Assembly: GCA_036676495.1 (NCBI GenBank)
Contig: JAKFCT010000073.1
Coordinates: forward strand, 1-18,744
DNA: 18,744 nucleotides
Source: Candidatus Sericytochromatia bacterium
GTDB lineage: Bacteria; Cyanobacteriota; Sericytochromatia; S15B-MN24; UBA4093
Reading direction: 5' to 3'
This document shows positions 14,719 to 18,744 of this stretch, one piece after another (positions within the stretch are counted from its first letter, which is position 1; each line of letters opens with the position of its first letter). The translations under genes and the position numbers were made by a program. The notes under the pieces were generated by a model that was given only the letters and a program-made list of their open reading frames with translations, did not search any database and was not told the DNA's origin.

Positions 14719-17574
14719 ATGGTGCAAGTAACGGATGCCGGTGGAACCCGGCCCGTAAACCCTGCGGCAGCAGCCATCACTGCTGCGGCGAACACCCCGG
14801 CTCCTCAGACGGCCTCCCCTCAACCCGCCCCCCCCAAGGAGGAGGCTGCTCAGCCTCGAATGAGCAGCGATTCCTTCTCCGGCGTCCCCGAGACCATCAA
14901 GATCAAGTCGGGAGACACCCTGGGCAACCTGGTCGCCAAGTACCAGGTTTCTTACGACAAGCTCAAGGAGCTTAACCCCGAGATCTTCAAGGAAGGCAAG
15001 GACGCGAAGGGACGCAAGCGCGCCGAGGACGGCCACTGGGTCTATCCTGGCGACGTCATCCGGCTGCGCGCGGAATCGGCCACCAAGCCCTCGACCACGC
15101 CCTCCTCATCGACCACGACGCCTACCCCCGCGACCACCACGGCCAACGACAAGGTCGTATCGGCCGCCAAGGCCGCCATCGACGAGGCCAAGCTCACCCC
15201 GGCCACCTGGGCCAAGGGCCGCGAGATGTCCGAGCAATCGCTGGCCAAGGCCAAGGAGATGCTGAAGCTGATCCCCGCCTCCGACGCTGCGCGCAGCAAG
15301 TACGAGGAAAAGGTCAACCGGCTCGAGCGCGAGATCAAGGCGGTCTACCCCGGCGCCGCCACGGCTGCCCCCGAATCCTCCCCGGCCACCGGAGCTCAGG
15401 AGGCGTTTGACGCGGCCAGCGAGAACTTCAATCAGGCGGTCCAGACCTATTACGACGCCAAGACCCAGCCGGCAAAGGCCGAGTCGCGCGACCTGGCCAT
15501 CCGCTACTTCAGCGAAGCGCACGGCGCTGCGCAGGGGCTTTCGGCTGACGCCAAGCCAGAAGCCAACGAGCGTCTCGAAATGATGGAGTTCGCCCTCACC
15601 GACATGGGCGTCAACGCCTCGTCCATCGCCCTGGCCCGTAGCGAAGGAGCCGACTCGGCTCCCGCCACGACTCCCCAGGAGCCGAGCTTCGCAGAGCGTG
15701 ACGCCAATCAGGACGGCTACCTCTCGGGCAACGAGCTCGACGCGAAGGCCAAAGCTTTCGATGCCAATGGCAACCAGCGCGTCACCCGCGAGGAGTGGGA
15801 GATGGGCCAGATGGCCGAACGCGAAGTCGGCTGGAAGAAGGAATTCAAGCAAGCCGACGCCAACCAGGACGGCTGGCTCTCGGGCTCGGAAGCGACCGCG
15901 TTTCGTGCCCACGACGCCAACGGCGACTCCGAGGTCACCGAGCAGGAATACCTCGGCGCCAAGCGCGCGGAGGTGATGAACGGCGTCTACGACCAGGACT
16001 TCGCCGCGCGGGACCAGAACCAGGACTCCTACCTATCGGGCAATGAGCTCGACGCCGCCGCCCAGGCGTTCGACACCAACAAGGACGGCAAGGTCACCCG
16101 CGAGGAGTACATGGCCGCCAAGTCCGGCGTCCAGCAGCCTGCCGGCGCACCGATGACCACCTTGCCGGTGGGGCAGATGCCTGCGGCCACGGCGCCTGTG
16201 ACGGGCGTGCCGCAGCCGACGGCGCCCGCCAACCCGGCCGAGGCGTTCGATGCCGCCAGCAACCGCTTCAACGAGGCGACGACCCGCAACGACATCTTGA
16301 CCATGACCACGGCGTACCAGGACGCCGCCTACGCCATCGCCTACATGCCGTCCGGCACCGAGCGCGATACGCTCGCAGCCCAGCTCGAGATCATGGGCTT
16401 CACGCTCCAGCAGGCCTACGACGCCTCGGGAACCCCGGTGGCTGCCGGAGGTTCGGTCACGGGCCTGACCGCCCAGCCCCTCACCCCCGGCGTGCAGGTT
16501 CCCGTCACCCCCGCGGCGATTCCCGGCCAGCCCGGTTACCCGGCCATGGCCACCCCGGCGGCGGTCCCCCCGGCCGGCTATCCCGCCACCGTGTATGCGC
16601 AACCCGGCGCTGCCGTGCCTCCGACCGCTTACGCCCAACCCGGCATGACGCCTACCGGTTACCCGGCGCAGGCGGGCTATCCGGTCGCCGCGACCGTGCC
16701 TCAGGCGGCTGCTCCGGCTCCCGCAGCCCCGGCGGCTCCGATTGCCCCTCCCACTCCGCCGCAGCAGACCTACACCCAGGTCTGGTCCAGCCCCGACTAC
16801 CTCGCCGAGGCCATGGGCTACAACAAGCAACCACCTGCTTCGCCCACCGGCAACCAGTCGGCGCAGGGGACTTCCACGCCCGGCACGAACGCCACGGGAA
16901 CCCCGAACGCGAACGGCACCACCCCGAAGCAGCAGCCCGTGAACGAGCAGGCGGTCAAGGAGATCGACGCCTTCCTGCAGCGCTCCAACGCCGATGCGGT
17001 TCGCGACATGATGGCCAGCCGCCCCGAGCTGCTCTATGACTCGCTGCCCCGCCAGAAGGCGACCATGTTGCAGCTGCTCATCGAGGGCCGGACGGACGCG
17101 GGCGATCGCCAGGCCGTCGTCAACATCCTCGACATGGCCAGCCAGACCGAGCAGGTGGACTCCACCCTCAACGCGCTCGACAGCCTCTACGGAGGAGCCG
17201 GCAAGGGCATCCAGCGCATGTTCGAGGACCTCGACCAGGCCACCAAGGGCGCGGCCCTCAAGGCCATGTTCACCCCCTCGCTGATGCAGTACCGCCAGTA
17301 CGACCAGGCTGCCTTCGACGCCGTGGTCGGCGCGATGACCAAGGACGACATCAAGCTCCTGATGGACACCATGGGCTACGGCGTGTCCTCCGGATGGATG
17401 AACGTGCTCTCGCCCCAGGCCCGCCAGATGATGATGGACAAGCTGGGCAGCGGCTTCAACCTCTTCGGCCTCTTCGGAGGCGCCGAGAAGCAGATGATCG
17501 CCGCTCTGCAGGCCTACACGCCCGCTGTGCAGCCCATGGCCCAGCAGGCCCAGGGAACCCTTCCTCAACCATAG
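14719..17574 (+). CDS. Large LysM-domain, EF-hand-repeat, Pro/Ala-rich protein
   Basis: 951 aa; SD AAGGAG; LysM 'IKSGDTLGNLVAKYQVSYDKLKELNP...VYPGDVIRL'; six DxNxD/N-type 12-residue loops ending in E; low-complexity linkers; helical C-terminal domain. Confidence 0.88.
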   Translation: MVQVTDAGGTRPVNPAAAAITAAANTPAPQTASPQPAPPKEEAAQPRMSSDSFSGVPETIKIKSGDTLGNLVAKYQVSYDKLKELNPEIFKEGKDAKGRKRAEDGHWVYPGDVIRLRAESATKPSTTPSSSTTTPTPATTTANDKVVSAAKAAIDEAKLTPATWAKGREMSEQSLAKAKEMLKLIPASDAARSKYEEKVNRLEREIKAVYPGAATAAPESSPATGAQEAFDAASENFNQAVQTYYDAKTQPAKAESRDLAIRYFSEAHGAAQGLSADAKPEANERLEMMEFALTDMGVNASSIALARSEGADSAPATTPQEPSFAERDANQDGYLSGNELDAKAKAFDANGNQRVTREEWEMGQMAEREVGWKKEFKQADANQDGWLSGSEATAFRAHDANGDSEVTEQEYLGAKRAEVMNGVYDQDFAARDQNQDSYLSGNELDAAAQAFDTNKDGKVTREEYMAAKSGVQQPAGAPMTTLPVGQMPAATAPVTGVPQPTAPANPAEAFDAASNRFNEATTRNDILTMTTAYQDAAYAIAYMPSGTERDTLAAQLEIMGFTLQQAYDASGTPVAAGGSVTGLTAQPLTPGVQVPVTPAAIPGQPGYPAMATPAAVPPAGYPATVYAQPGAAVPPTAYAQPGMTPTGYPAQAGYPVAATVPQAAAPAPAAPAAPIAPPTPPQQTYTQVWSSPDYLAEAMGYNKQPPASPTGNQSAQGTSTPGTNATGTPNANGTTPKQQPVNEQAVKEIDAFLQRSNADAVRDMMASRPELLYDSLPRQKATMLQLLIEGRTDAGDRQAVVNILDMASQTEQVDSTLNALDSLYGGAGKGIQRMFEDLDQATKGAALKAMFTPSLMQYRQYDQAAFDAVVGAMTKDDIKLLMDTMGYGVSSGWMNVLSPQARQMMMDKLGSGFNLFGLFGGAEKQMIAALQAYTPAVQPMAQQAQGTLPQP

Positions 17575-17633
17575 CCGCAGGCGCCAAGGGTAGCCGCGGT
17601 ACCGACAGGCTCCAGTCAGCGACGCAAAGCCAC

Positions 17634-17669
17634 CAGCAAGCGGCCCACCCGAAGGTGGGCCGCTTGCTG
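17634..17669. terminator. Hairpin between convergent genes, likely bidirectional terminator
   Basis: CAGCAAGCGGCCCACC-CGAA-GGTGGGCCGCTTGCTG, 16-bp perfect stem. Confidence 0.75.
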
Positions 17670-17690
17670 TCAGGGGACCGGGAATGCGCG

Positions 17691-18744
17691 CTAGCTCTCG
17701 AGCGCTTGCTTGAGGGCCAGGGGATCGGTGACCGGCCGCTGGCAAGCAAACCGCTGGCAGACGTAAGCCGCGGGGCGTCCCTCATGGGGCGTGCGGCCCT
17801 CCAGCAGGGGCAAGCCCGTCTCGTCGCCCTCCGTGTGGGCGATCGCCACACCGGGCAGGTAACGCAGCATCGCCACCCGCAGGAGAGCCTGGGTTTCGGG
17901 CGCCTCGGACGGCCCCGCCACCACGACCTCGCGGTTGCCCACTAGGAAATCGTCGAGCAAAGCCAGCATGGCCGGGTAGGCCGCCGGAAACTTCCCCAGG
18001 GCCACCGAGAACGCCTTGAGCGTTCCCTCCGCCTTGGCCCGGAAGTTCTCATCCCAGGTCAGGCTGGACAGCCGGAGCAGCACATCCGCGGCCGCCGAGT
18101 TCCCCGAGGGAATCGCGTTGTCGGTGGAGTCCTTGGTGCGGGCCTTCAGCAGCGGGTCCTGGTCCTGCGCCGAGAAGTAGAAGCCTTCGTTTTCCTGATC
18201 CCAGAAGCGGGCGATCGCCTCCGCCATCAAGCCACGCGCCTCCGCCACCCAGACGGGATCGAACGTCGCCTCGTAGAGGTCGAGTAACCCGCTCGCCAGA
18301 AACGCGTAGTCGTCGAGGAAGCCCGCCACCCTGGCCGTGCCGTCGCGCCAGGCGCGGTACAGGCCGCCCTCGGCGCTAGTGAGGTGCTGCTGGAGGAAGT
18401 CGGCGGCGCGCCGCGCGGCGTCCAGGTGGTCGGCGTTGCCGCTGGCCTGGTAGGCGGCGCAAAGGCCCTGGATCATCAGCGCGTTCCAGCTGGTGAGGAT
18501 GTTCTCGTCGCGCGCCGGCCGCACGCGCCGCGCCCGCGCCGCCAGCAGCCTGGCCCGCAGCGGCGCCAGGCGCGCCTGCTCCTCGGTAGCGAGGCGGGCG
18601 GCGCGTTGCAGCACCGTGCGACCCTGCTCGAAGTTGCCGGCCGCGCTGACGCCGTAGGCGCGGCAGGCCAGGGCGGCGTCCGCCGGGCCGAGCTCGGCCT
18701 CGACCTGCGCCGGGGTCCACAGGTAGAACTTGCCTTCCTCGCCC
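17691..18744 (-). CDS. C-terminal part of a YyaL / SPATA20-like thioredoxin-domain protein (start outside window)
   Basis: Frame stays open to the window edge: 'GEEGKFYLWT...YGV...GNFE', 'R.RP.RD...LTSWNALMI', 'GFLDDYAFL..GLLDLYEAT', 'D.AIPSGNS', 'AYVC..FAC..PVTD'. Confidence 0.92.
   Translation of the reverse strand, partial: GEEGKFYLWTPAQVEAELGPADAALACRAYGVSAAGNFEQGRTVLQRAARLATEEQARLAPLRARLLAARARRVRPARDENILTSWNALMIQGLCAAYQASGNADHLDAARRAADFLQQHLTSAEGGLYRAWRDGTARVAGFLDDYAFLASGLLDLYEATFDPVWVAEARGLMAEAIARFWDQENEGFYFSAQDQDPLLKARTKDSTDNAIPSGNSAAADVLLRLSSLTWDENFRAKAEGTLKAFSVALGKFPAAYPAMLALLDDFLVGNREVVVAGPSEAPETQALLRVAMLRYLPGVAIAHTEGDETGLPLLEGRTPHEGRPAAYVCQRFACQRPVTDPLALKQALES

Noticed and set aside
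486-17745. Long antisense and alternate-frame ORFs (e.g. 486-1250, 1253-2422, 2013-3665, 2092-3759, 4246-5673, 6310-7611, 11900-13003, 16033-17745)
   Set aside because: They shadow genes with clear family motifs, lack RBS and recognisable domains, and are expected in high-GC DNA with few stop codons.

Overview
GC-rich bacterial chromosomal window, probably from a diderm (it has a porin-like gene and lipoproteins); taxon not determinable from the sequence alone. Left part (1-5574): truncated porin-like gene divergent from a YceI gene; a double zinc-ribbon protein behind a ~150-nt structured leader; a POT-type peptide MFS transporter; a small secreted Val/Arg/His-rich protein with an ECF-type promoter; and a MaeB-type malic enzyme without the PTA domain. 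Middle part (~5600-14460): an accessory, stress-type cluster abutting the 3' end of tRNA-Glu(CTC). It holds a zf-TFIIB protein, a Zn-dependent dehydrogenase/SRPBCC pair, an APC permease, a lipoprotein, an alpha/beta hydrolase, an internally deleted gnd remnant divergent from a glucose 1-dehydrogenase, a small CxxC protein and a lipoprotein cupin. Right part: a 951-aa LysM / six-EF-hand / helical-repeat protein and the C-terminal part of a YyaL-like gene. No CRISPR array, integrase or transposase was seen. The strongest novelty candidate is the leader at 1398-1525, which has the layout of a translational RNA switch (anti-SD with two identical alternative targets plus a kink-turn-like motif). 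All family calls are from motif recognition and all RNA pairings were done by hand; no searches or folding programs were run.
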